This document shows, piece by piece, positions 11,058 to 19,967 of a DNA stretch of 64,000 nt. Within the stretch, counting starts at the first letter, position 1; the number at the start of each line of letters is the position of its first letter. The notes under the pieces are model-generated. The model was not told the origin of the DNA. It did not search any database and was given only the letters and a program-made list of their open reading frames with translations. The position numbers were made by a program, and so were the translations under genes. Source of the stretch: Candidatus Moranbacteria bacterium UBA1362 (lineage in GTDB: Bacteria > Patescibacteriota > Minisyncoccia > Moranbacterales > GWC2-37-73); NCBI GenBank assembly GCA_002306085.1, contig DBRS01000004.1:8133-72132 (forward strand), read 5' to 3'.

Positions 11058-12179
11058 ATGCGTATTGCTTTTGTACATGATTATTTGGTGCAATATGGAG
11101 GAGCCGAAAGAGTGCTTGAATGCCTTTCGGAAATTTATCCGTACGCGCCCATCTATACGATTCTCTATAACCGCGAAGCGATGCACGGCGTTTTTGAAAG
11201 CAAGCGTGTTCGCACTTCCTTTCTTCAGCGTTTTCCGTTCGCGAAAAAATGGCACCGCGTCTTTCCGCTTTTCATGCCGCTAGCAGTTGAACAGTTTGAT
11301 TTTTCAAAATATGACATAGTGGTTTCAGATTCCGCAAGCTATGCCAAAGGCGTAATAACAAATCCCGCAACATTGCACATATGCTACATGCACACGCCGA
11401 TGCGCTATGCTTGGGACGATTGTCAAAAATATACGCGCGATTTCTATTTTCCGCGTTTTATCAAAAAACTGATTCCTTTTGCCATGAATTATTTGCGGCT
11501 TTGGGATAAAATCAGCGCCGACAGAGTTGATATTTTCATAGCAAACTCAAATTTTGTTGCGCGGCGCATCAAAAAATACTATCACAAGGATGCCATGGTT
11601 GTGCATCCTCCCGTTGACACGAAAAAATTCTTGATTCGCAAGGGAGCGGAGAAAAAAGATTATTTTCTGATGGTCGGAAGGCTTCTTGCGTACAAGCGTA
11701 ATGATATTGCGATCGAAGCGTTCAATAAGCTGGGGCTGCCTTTGAAAATAATCGGAAGAGGCCCGGAGCTCAAACGTCTTGAAAAAATTGCCGGGCCAAA
11801 CATCGAGTTTCTTGGAAGAGTAAGTGACGAGGATCTTGGGAAATATTATTCCGAATGTCAGGCACTGATTTTTCCGCAGGAGGAAGATTTCGGAATTGTT
11901 GCCATTGAAGCTCTTGCCAGCGGAAAGCCGCTCATAGCTTTTCGCGGAGGAGATATTCCCGAGCATATGGAGGATGAAAAAATGGGAATATTTTTCGACG
12001 AGCAGGCACCCAAAGCGATCATGGAAGCGGTCGAAAAATTCAAAAAAATGTCATTTGACGCCGATTATATCAGATCTAGGGTGCTAAAATTTGATCGTGA
12101 AATTTTCAAAAAAAAGATGAAGGAAATTATTGAAAGGGAATTGGAAAAGCACAAGCAAACCTCGGCAAGTGAGAAATAA
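11058..12179 (+). CDS. GT4 glycosyltransferase
   Basis: HDYL..GGAERV, HTPMRY, EDFGIVAIEA motifs. Confidence 0.93.
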   Translation: MRIAFVHDYLVQYGGAERVLECLSEIYPYAPIYTILYNREAMHGVFESKRVRTSFLQRFPFAKKWHRVFPLFMPLAVEQFDFSKYDIVVSDSASYAKGVITNPATLHICYMHTPMRYAWDDCQKYTRDFYFPRFIKKLIPFAMNYLRLWDKISADRVDIFIANSNFVARRIKKYYHKDAMVVHPPVDTKKFLIRKGAEKKDYFLMVGRLLAYKRNDIAIEAFNKLGLPLKIIGRGPELKRLEKIAGPNIEFLGRVSDEDLGKYYSECQALIFPQEEDFGIVAIEALASGKPLIAFRGGDIPEHMEDEKMGIFFDEQAPKAIMEAVEKFKKMSFDADYIRSRVLKFDREIFKKKMKEIIERELEKHKQTSASEK

Positions 12180-12182
12180 AAA

Positions 12183-12223
12183 AAATCGCGCAGTTTCGAT
12201 TTGTTTATCGGACTGCGCGATTT
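12183..12223. terminator. Bidirectional terminator between convergent genes
   Basis: AAATCGCGCAGT...ACTGCGCGATTT inverted repeat. Confidence 0.75.
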
Positions 12224-12245
12224 CATTTGTGGCTCATGCCTTATG

Positions 12246-12656
12246 TTACTTAGGAGGCTGAGAGGTGAAAGGTGAAGAGTCAAGATCGGCCATGGTGTTT
12301 TCTTTGTAAACAAAATTCTTGACTCTCTTTCTGCTGTTGAAATGCACCCACAGGATGTCCAGGTATACCGAGTTGTCTCCCGAATAGATGCCCCAGCTGC
12401 TAAAAGCCGCGAATTTGTTCATGGCGTTCTGGGATGCATTGGGTTTTCTGTATTCCCATGTCTCCGATCCGTCGGCCTGCCAGGACTTCCTTGTCGGCTC
12501 GCCGATTTTTGCAAGCACTGCTTGCTGAGAGTCTCCTTTTTTCAAGGCGGAGATGTGGGTTGTATCCCAGTCGCAATTCTTACATGTGCCCGCGCAAGAA
12601 GTCATCATTGCTGCTGCGAGAAAAGCCGTGATAGCAACCAACAAAATCTTTTTCAT
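12246..12656 (-). CDS. Lipoprotein with SmpA/OmlA (BamE-like) domain
   Basis: Lipobox MTSC; ISALKKGDSQQAVLAKIGEP...ETWEY...LWVHFN...V pattern; AGGAGG SD. Confidence 0.78.
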   Translation of the reverse strand: MKKILLVAITAFLAAAMMTSCAGTCKNCDWDTTHISALKKGDSQQAVLAKIGEPTRKSWQADGSETWEYRKPNASQNAMNKFAAFSSWGIYSGDNSVYLDILWVHFNSRKRVKNFVYKENTMADLDSSPFTSQPPK

Positions 12657-12733
12657 GAAAAACCTCCTGTTCTTTGGATTTTTTAGGCTTTGTTAAGCCT
12701 TTTTTACTTTATCAATGAACAAGCCATCTTTTA

Positions 12734-12762
12734 ATTATACTCCAAAACGCCCATAAAGTCAA
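12734..12762 (-). promoter_or_regulatory. sigma70 promoter of the BamE-like lipoprotein gene
   Basis: TTGACT-17-TATAAT on the minus strand. Confidence 0.8.
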
Positions 12763-12794
12763 TAGGTATTGATTTTGACGATTCTGAAGCTAAT

Positions 12795-12863
12795 AAAAAA
12801 TATCCCATGCTGGAATGAAACTTTTTCCAGCATGGGTGCCTAATGAGGCTGAAACATTGTGGT
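12795..12863 (-). ncRNA. Candidate small RNA A (about 69 nt)
   Basis: Perfect TTGACA-17-TATAAT at 12898-12870, then about 27 nt and a 12-bp terminator stem (12804-12836) with T6. Confidence 0.5.
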
Positions 12864-12918
12864 GATTGGATTATACCGAAAAGGGACATCAATGTCAATT
12901 TAAAATGATGTACCAAGC

Positions 12919-12990
12919 AAAAAAATGCCATGGATGCCGCCGTTGCGTCGGCACCCATGGCGAATTATAGGAGAAGTCGCTACGGACCCT
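12919..12990 (-). ncRNA. Candidate small RNA B (about 72 nt)
   Basis: TTGTAT-18-TATAAT at 13026-12997; stem 12927-12961 has a G-U pair only on the minus strand and is followed by T7. Confidence 0.45.
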
Positions 12991-13191
12991 AATTCCATTA
13001 TACTTCCAAAGCGCGGCAAAATACAAATTATATTGATATATCAAAATTAACCGCGGGAACAATATCCGCGTGTTTTTCTGGGCATGAGGAGCGGGGGAGG
13101 ACCGATAGCAGCCCACATTTTCTTCGCGGGGTCAATATACAACAAATCGCAAAACTGTTATATGATGAAATAACATAAACAATTGACAAAA

Positions 13192-14361
13192 ATGGCAAGA
13201 ATCGGAATCGACATCAGATGTTTTGTTGCCGGGAAACGGACAGGAGTCGAGGAATACACACTGAACGTCCTCGAAAATCTTTTCGAATTGGACAAAAAAA
13301 ATGAATACATCATCTTCATCAATTCATACAAAGAACCAAAATTTGATCTTGGAGTTTTTCGCAAATATAAAAATGTTTCGGTGCGGCAATTTCACATTCC
13401 GAACAAACTGCTGAATTTTTGTTTCTGGTACTTGGGCTGGCCGCATGTCGACAAAATGATCGGGGGCGTTGACATCTTTTTCATGCCAAGCATTGCATTT
13501 ATCGCGCTTTCCCGAAAAGTAAAATTGGTTTTGAATGTCCATGATCTTTCGTTTGAATTAATGCCGGAAACTTTTTCATTAAAAAGAAGGCTTTGGCATC
13601 ATATTTTAAATCCGCGCAGGCTGTGCCTGAGAGCTGACAAAATAACGTCCGTGTCGGAATCCACGCTTGAGGACATTGTTCGAATCTACGGGATAGATAG
13701 GGAGAAAATTGTGAGAATATACAACGGAATATCGGAAAATTTTGAAGCTTTTGATAGGAACAATCCGAAACTTATTGAAATAAAAGACAAATATCATCTG
13801 CCTTTTAATTTTATTCTGTTTCTCGGAACGGTCGAACCCAGAAAGAACATAAGAGCTGTCGTGAAGGCTTTTGATCGCCTCAAAAGTCTCGGAAATCCTC
13901 AGTTCGACAAATACAAGCTGGTGGTCGCCGGCGGCAAGGGTTGGAAAACAGAAAGCATATTTTCTGAAATGCGGAAGGCTCGTTTCACTAAAGACATAAT
14001 CTATACAAGTTGCGTCACGCAGGAAGACAAGGCGGCGGTTTATACTCTTTCTTCGCTTTTTGTATATACTTCCTTTTTTGAAGGGTTTGGACTTCCGCTT
14101 CTTGAGGCGATGCGTTGCGGAGTGCCAGTGATCACATCAAACGCTTCGTCAATTCCCGAGGTCGTGGGAAACGGAGCAATCATGGTCGATCCCGACAGGC
14201 CGGATGAAATTTTTGCCGCGATGAAGGAAATTTTGCTGGACAAAGATCTCCGCATTCGGATCGGCGAAAACGGACTCAAACAATCAATAAGATTTAATTG
14301 GAAAACTTCAGCCAGAGAATTGTTTGAAATGTTTGAGGGCATCTCCAAGTCTTGCAATTAA
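13192..14361 (+). CDS. GT4 glycosyltransferase (mannosyltransferase-like)
   Basis: IGID.R, TGVEEY, GTVEPRKN, EGFGLPLLEAM motifs. Confidence 0.94.
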   Translation: MARIGIDIRCFVAGKRTGVEEYTLNVLENLFELDKKNEYIIFINSYKEPKFDLGVFRKYKNVSVRQFHIPNKLLNFCFWYLGWPHVDKMIGGVDIFFMPSIAFIALSRKVKLVLNVHDLSFELMPETFSLKRRLWHHILNPRRLCLRADKITSVSESTLEDIVRIYGIDREKIVRIYNGISENFEAFDRNNPKLIEIKDKYHLPFNFILFLGTVEPRKNIRAVVKAFDRLKSLGNPQFDKYKLVVAGGKGWKTESIFSEMRKARFTKDIIYTSCVTQEDKAAVYTLSSLFVYTSFFEGFGLPLLEAMRCGVPVITSNASSIPEVVGNGAIMVDPDRPDEIFAAMKEILLDKDLRIRIGENGLKQSIRFNWKTSARELFEMFEGISKSCN

Positions 14362-14524
14362 TGTTTCGACTGCATATATATTTCCATGTTTTGGATAAGT
14401 TTTTGTTCTTGGAAGTGCGAAATGGCGGTTTTGTATTTGTTTGCTTTTTTTGTGGATGAAAAAATGGTAGAATTGCATAAAAGTCGAAAACCTACAAAGT
14501 CTTTAAAGAATTTATCTAAAAACT

Positions 14525-15664
14525 ATGCTGATTGGTATCGATGCGCGGTTCTACGGTTCGATAGGAAAGGGCCTGGGCCGCTATACGCAAAAATTGGTTG
14601 AATATCTCGAGAAAGTCGATGAAAAAAACCAATATATCGTCTTTCTTCGCAAGGAAAATTTTGAAGAATACCAACCTAAAAACAAAAATTTTCGCAAAGA
14701 ACTTGCGGATTACCGATGGTATTCGTTTGCCGAGCAAATTTTCTTTCCGTTCAAACTCAGAAAATACAAATTCGATCTCGTGCATTTTCCGCATTTCAAT
14801 GTTCCACTTTTATATCGCAAGAAATTCGTTTTGACAATTCATGATTTGATTCTGATTCATTTTCCCACAGTTCGTGCCACAACATTAAGTCCGATTTTTT
14901 ATTGGATGAAGTTTTTTGCATACAAATGCGTTATCAAATCGGCAATAAAAAGAAGTCAAAAAATATTCGCCGTGTCAAAATTCACAAAAAAAGACATTCT
15001 TGAAACCTACAAAAAAATTCCCGAGGAAAAAATATGTGTCACATATGAAGCTTGCGAAAAAAATTCTGCTTTGGAAAACAAAAATGCTGACAATGTCCTT
15101 AAAAAATATGGTATAATGAAACCATATATCATATATATCGGAAACGTTTATCCTCACAAAAATCCCAAACGTCTTGTTTTGGCGTTTAAAAAACTGAGAG
15201 AAAAAAGAAAAGACATTTCCTTGGTTTTTGTCGGCGGAGAAGACTATTTTTATTCGCGCCTTAGAGATTATGTCCGCGAAAACGAGGTTGAAAATATAGT
15301 ATTTGCAGGATTTGTTCCCGACAATGATCTTGATTTTCTGATGTCCGGTTCGGAAGCTTATATTCGCCCGTCACTCTACGAAGGTTTCGAGCTTCCGCCA
15401 CTCGAAGCCATGTCTAAGGGTATTCCGGTTCTTTCATCCAATCATTCATGCGCATTGGAGATTCTTGGCGGCAGCGCTCTTTATTTTGACGGCAAGAACG
15501 TTGATGATATTGCGGATTCTGTTTGGAAAATTCTGACGGATGAAAAACTCAGGGAGAATTTGATTCAAAAGGGTTACGATCAGATTAAAAAATATAGCTG
15601 GGAGGGAATGGCGAAAAAAACGCTTGAGGTCTACAATAGTCTGAAAAAAGATGCGAAAAAATAA
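14525..15664 (+). CDS. GT4 glycosyltransferase
   Basis: IGIDAR, GLGRY, GNVYPHKN, EGFELPPLEAM motifs. Confidence 0.94.
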   Translation: MLIGIDARFYGSIGKGLGRYTQKLVEYLEKVDEKNQYIVFLRKENFEEYQPKNKNFRKELADYRWYSFAEQIFFPFKLRKYKFDLVHFPHFNVPLLYRKKFVLTIHDLILIHFPTVRATTLSPIFYWMKFFAYKCVIKSAIKRSQKIFAVSKFTKKDILETYKKIPEEKICVTYEACEKNSALENKNADNVLKKYGIMKPYIIYIGNVYPHKNPKRLVLAFKKLREKRKDISLVFVGGEDYFYSRLRDYVRENEVENIVFAGFVPDNDLDFLMSGSEAYIRPSLYEGFELPPLEAMSKGIPVLSSNHSCALEILGGSALYFDGKNVDDIADSVWKILTDEKLRENLIQKGYDQIKKYSWEGMAKKTLEVYNSLKKDAKK

Positions 15665-18215
15665 TGTGATTCCTCAAATGTTCGACATAAGACCCGTTGA
15701 TGAGACGGGCAATTTGGATTGGAAAAAGATACGTTTGATTGGAAATCCCGTGCGGGTTGCGACAACAAAAAACCAGACATTTGCGCAAAGCGAAGAAGAA
15801 AGGATGAAGCGGATAGAGATGGAGAGGAGAAAAAAAGAAATCGAAAACTGCAAAAAGGCGGAGAGACTGCGCGCTTTGCAAGAGAAAAGAGATAGATTTA
15901 TTATGACTGAACAGATAAGACGAAGAGAAGAGGACGAGGCTTTTATTCGTGAAGAAAAGTTGCGATCGGAATTGAAACTCAAGGAAATTTTAGAATGCAA
16001 CAAGCAAAAGCAAAAAGCCCATGAAGAAGCTGTCGGAGCCGGAGGAATCGCGCGCGAAGATGCGTGGATTGAACAAGAAACAAGCGAAAAATCAGATGTT
16101 GAAAATATTAAAAATTATTGGCAAAAAAATTTCGCACAGAAATGTCGTGAAAAATCTGATTATGGCGGAACTATGGAGTTTTCATTAATGGACCTTATTT
16201 TGTCTCATAGGTTTACTTTCGGGTGCCGGCTTTTTGCTAAACCTGTTCAATTATTTGTTTTTACGGCGCTTTTGGTATCGCTTGGAATTGGAGGAGTATC
16301 CTATGCGAGCAAGGGTTTGGATGCGAAAGGCAAGGTTTTAGGCGTCAGTCAAAGCGGTTTCGAAAACCTGGCTTCCGCCATAAACGATTTGTCCAATCGT
16401 AATTTCGAAAACTCTTCAAAAAGATTTGCTGAAGCTCATGAAAAATTTTCAAATGGATCGGAAATTCTGGAAGGTATCGGGGGGTCCATACTGGATGTTG
16501 CACGCTTTGTTCCTTATGCAACAAAAGTATCTTCCGGAAGAAACGCGGTGGAAGCCGGAAAACACCTTTCTTTAGCGGGAGGATATATGAATGAGGTTGC
16601 CCATACATTTTCCGAAATAGAGAATTTGGTCGGGAAGTTCGGTGATGACGGTTTTTCTTTTCTTGATATTTTGAAAATGACCGAAAAGAACATAAGTTTA
16701 GCCAAAGCCGAACTTGATGCGGCACAGAATAATATAGACAAGATTGTCATAACGGATCTTCCCGAAGATAAAAGGGATGAATTTTTTCTTCTCAAGGAAA
16801 ACATGCCGGATATAAGAAAAAGTCTTGATTTCTTTCTTGCCAACAGTCACATTCTTACCGATCTTCTCGGAGGCAACGGCCCTAGAAAGTATTTGTTTTT
16901 ATTTCAAAATAATTCCGAAATGAGAGCCACGGGAGGATTTATAGGAAGTTACGGGTTGCTTGATATTTCAAATGGACGCGTAAAAAACTTTTTTATAGAC
17001 GGAATATACAATCCCGACGGACAACTGAAAGAAAAAATAGTTCCTCCCCAGCCGATTCAAAAAATCAGCGCGGCCTGGAGTCTTCATGACAGCAATTGGT
17101 TTGCCGATTTTCCGATGTCGGCAAAAAAGGCGATTACTTTCTATGAAAAAACCGGCGGTCCTACCGTTGATGGAGTTGTGACTTTTACTCCCGCATTGAT
17201 AAAAAAAATGCTGGCAATTACCGGACCTATTGAAATGCCGGAATATGAAGTGACGTTGGATGAAAATAATTTCACGGAAGTTACACAATATGAAGTGGAA
17301 GTTGATTATGACAAGGAAGAAAATGAGCCGAAAAAAATTCTCGCGGATTTGGCTCCGATTTTACTGCAAAAACTATTGGACAAGAAAGATATTGAAAGTA
17401 TTTCTAAAATAGTTCAGGTGCTTTTGCTGGGTCTTGATGAAAAACACATACTTATTTATTCATCCAATCCGGAACTTCAAAGAATAGTGTCGCAGCAAGG
17501 GTGGTCCGGAGAAATATTACCTTCCAGTTGTGATTATTTGAGTGTTATAAACACCAACATAAACGGATTCAAAACTGATGCGGTTGTCGAAGAAAAAATT
17601 GAACATGGCGCTGAAATACAGGAAGATGGTTCGATTGTAGATACAGTCACAATCACCCGCAGGCATACCGGAGGAAATTCAGAGTATGAATGGTTCAACA
17701 AGGTTAATGCTGATTATATGCGAGTATATGTTCCGGAAGGTGCAAAATTACTGGAAGCCAGCGGACATACGCGCGAAGCTCACAAACAACCTCTTGACTA
17801 TGATGCGCTTAATTTCAAGCGGGACGCCGATGTTGAAAGAGAGGAGCGGGATATGATTATTGATCCCGAATCGGGAACTCGTATATATAATGAAGCTGGA
17901 AAAACTGTATTTGCTAACTGGGTATATATAAGTCCGCAAGAAGAGGTTTCGGTCACATATAAATATATTCTTCCAGTGCGCATGTTTCAAGTTTCAATTG
18001 ACGGTTCCAATCCGGTTGATTCATATTCATTGGTCTTTCAGAAGCAATCGGGAAGTTATGGCAGTTTACTTGAATCCCGAATTCAATATCCGTCAAGCTA
18101 TGAAATCAAGTGGAGCTTTCCCGAAAATATGGAAAAGGGAAGCGATGGAGTGAGGATTAATACTGATCTTTCCCTCGACAGATTTGCGGGTGTGGTGTTT
18201 GAGAAAAAACAATAA
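15651..18215 (+). CDS. DUF4012-type membrane-anchored protein
   Basis: YLFLFQNNSEMRATGGFIGSY, DSNWFADFP, K.D and YMRVYVP motifs; one TM segment; charged N-terminus. Confidence 0.8.
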   Translation: MRKNNVIPQMFDIRPVDETGNLDWKKIRLIGNPVRVATTKNQTFAQSEEERMKRIEMERRKKEIENCKKAERLRALQEKRDRFIMTEQIRRREEDEAFIREEKLRSELKLKEILECNKQKQKAHEEAVGAGGIAREDAWIEQETSEKSDVENIKNYWQKNFAQKCREKSDYGGTMEFSLMDLILSHRFTFGCRLFAKPVQLFVFTALLVSLGIGGVSYASKGLDAKGKVLGVSQSGFENLASAINDLSNRNFENSSKRFAEAHEKFSNGSEILEGIGGSILDVARFVPYATKVSSGRNAVEAGKHLSLAGGYMNEVAHTFSEIENLVGKFGDDGFSFLDILKMTEKNISLAKAELDAAQNNIDKIVITDLPEDKRDEFFLLKENMPDIRKSLDFFLANSHILTDLLGGNGPRKYLFLFQNNSEMRATGGFIGSYGLLDISNGRVKNFFIDGIYNPDGQLKEKIVPPQPIQKISAAWSLHDSNWFADFPMSAKKAITFYEKTGGPTVDGVVTFTPALIKKMLAITGPIEMPEYEVTLDENNFTEVTQYEVEVDYDKEENEPKKILADLAPILLQKLLDKKDIESISKIVQVLLLGLDEKHILIYSSNPELQRIVSQQGWSGEILPSSCDYLSVINTNINGFKTDAVVEEKIEHGAEIQEDGSIVDTVTITRRHTGGNSEYEWFNKVNADYMRVYVPEGAKLLEASGHTREAHKQPLDYDALNFKRDADVEREERDMIIDPESGTRIYNEAGKTVFANWVYISPQEEVSVTYKYILPVRMFQVSIDGSNPVDSYSLVFQKQSGSYGSLLESRIQYPSSYEIKWSFPENMEKGSDGVRINTDLSLDRFAGVVFEKKQ

Positions 18216-18278
18216 TATTTCAGTATTGTCAACTGGAAAAATTTGGGTTAAGATACCGCTAGTGATTCGAAGAAATTT

Positions 18279-19922
18279 ATGATGAAAAGGCTTGTAAAAA
18301 GCAAATTTTTGAACGAAAAGCCGACGCAATCGATTGCGGCGGCGGCTTTTATTATTTCACTTGCCGGGATTGCGAGCCGCATCCTTGGGCTTTTCAGGGA
18401 TCGCATTTTGGCCGGACAATTCGGAGCGGGAGACACTCTTGACGCATATTATGCCGCCTTCCGTATTCCGGATCTCATCTATAATCTTATGATAGTAGGG
18501 GCGCTAAGTGCTGCGTTTATTCCGATATTCACGGAATATATTGCGGATAAAAAGGAGGAAGATGCCTGGAGGTTTTCTTCGGGAATGCTTAGTCTTCAGA
18601 TTTTTTTTATGGGCACTGTTTCATTGATTCTTATTGCGGTAGCTCCTTGGATGATGAAGATTATAACTCCGGGCTTTTCTGGCGAAAAAATGGACCTCAC
18701 TGTGCAGCTTACGCGTATAATGTTTTTGAGCCCGCTTCTTCTCGGCATAAGCGGGATATACGGAGGTATTTTGGTGTCATTTAAGAAATTTTTAATATAC
18801 TCGCTCGCTCCGATTTTCTATAACGTGGGAATAATAATCGGGGTTGTTTTTTTTGTTAAATTTTGGGGTCCGGTTGGACTTGCGTGGGGAGTGGTGCTTG
18901 GAGCGCTTTTTCACATGTTGTTGCAATATCCGTCTGTAAAATTTTCCGGCTTCAGTTTTAAACCGTTGTTTTTTGATGCCCTGAAAAACACGGGAGTAAG
19001 AAAAGCGTTCAAACTGATGATTCCAAGAACAATGACCGTCGCTGTCACGCAGATCAATTTCACCATAATAACAATTTTTGCTTCCACGCTGGCGGCTGGA
19101 AGTCTTGCTGTCTTCAATTTTGCAAACAATATCCAAAGCGCTCCCATAGGGCTTTTCGGCATTTCATTTTCGATTGCGGTGTTTCCCGCGCTCAGCGCCT
19201 ATGCCGCAAAAAAAGAGAAAATGGAATTCATCAAAGCTTTTTCAAGGACATTCAGACAGATTTTATTTTTTGTGATACCGCTGAGTGTTTTCATTTTTGT
19301 TTTACGCGCTCAGACAGTCCGTGTTCTTCTCGGATCCGGCAAATTCGATTGGGATGACACGATCCTGACTTTCCAGACACTCGGATTGCTTGTGGCAAGC
19401 TTATTCGCTCAGGCCGTTTTGCCGCTTCTGACCCGTGCCTTCTACGCTTTACAGGATACGAAAACTCCTTTTTATATTGCTCTTTTAAGCGAAGTTGTGA
19501 ATATTGTGCTCGTGATTGCGCTGATAGGGCATTTCGGGGTTTTGGGATTGGCGATAGCTTTTTCTTTCGCTAGCATACTTAATATGGCGTTACTTCTGAT
19601 ATTTCTTAAAAGGAATCTTCCTGACATAGATGGTAAAATAATATTGGGCTCAACCGCGAAAATAGTGGCTGCCTCCGTAATAGGAGGAGCTGTCGCTCAG
19701 GTGGCCAAATATGTCGTAGGTTCGCGCGGGGAGCTTGATACTTTCGTGGCGGTGTTTACTCAGCTTGTTGTCGCGGGACTTGCCGGAGCGATGGCTTTTG
19801 CAATTGCCAGTTATTATTTTAAAATTAAAGAATTTTTTCAATTTACAGAATCTGTTACTAAAAAACTTTTCAAGGCCAAAAAAGTCATCCAGGAGGACAC
19901 GGGAGAAGTCACCGGAATATAA
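18279..19922 (+). CDS. murJ: Lipid II flippase MurJ (MviN)
   Basis: SRILGLFRD, DAYYAAFRIPD, GALSAAFIP, RAFYALQDTKTP motifs. Confidence 0.96.
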   Translation: MMKRLVKSKFLNEKPTQSIAAAAFIISLAGIASRILGLFRDRILAGQFGAGDTLDAYYAAFRIPDLIYNLMIVGALSAAFIPIFTEYIADKKEEDAWRFSSGMLSLQIFFMGTVSLILIAVAPWMMKIITPGFSGEKMDLTVQLTRIMFLSPLLLGISGIYGGILVSFKKFLIYSLAPIFYNVGIIIGVVFFVKFWGPVGLAWGVVLGALFHMLLQYPSVKFSGFSFKPLFFDALKNTGVRKAFKLMIPRTMTVAVTQINFTIITIFASTLAAGSLAVFNFANNIQSAPIGLFGISFSIAVFPALSAYAAKKEKMEFIKAFSRTFRQILFFVIPLSVFIFVLRAQTVRVLLGSGKFDWDDTILTFQTLGLLVASLFAQAVLPLLTRAFYALQDTKTPFYIALLSEVVNIVLVIALIGHFGVLGLAIAFSFASILNMALLLIFLKRNLPDIDGKIILGSTAKIVAASVIGGAVAQVAKYVVGSRGELDTFVAVFTQLVVAGLAGAMAFAIASYYFKIKEFFQFTESVTKKLFKAKKVIQEDTGEVTGI

Positions 19923-19967
19923 ACAATATAGTAGCGCAAACGCAGTGGCTTTTCAGGAAATAGATAT

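Noticed and set aside
12838-12860. Hammerhead-like core (CTAATGAG...GAAAC)
   Set aside because: The invariant CUGA is absent and there is no stem II.
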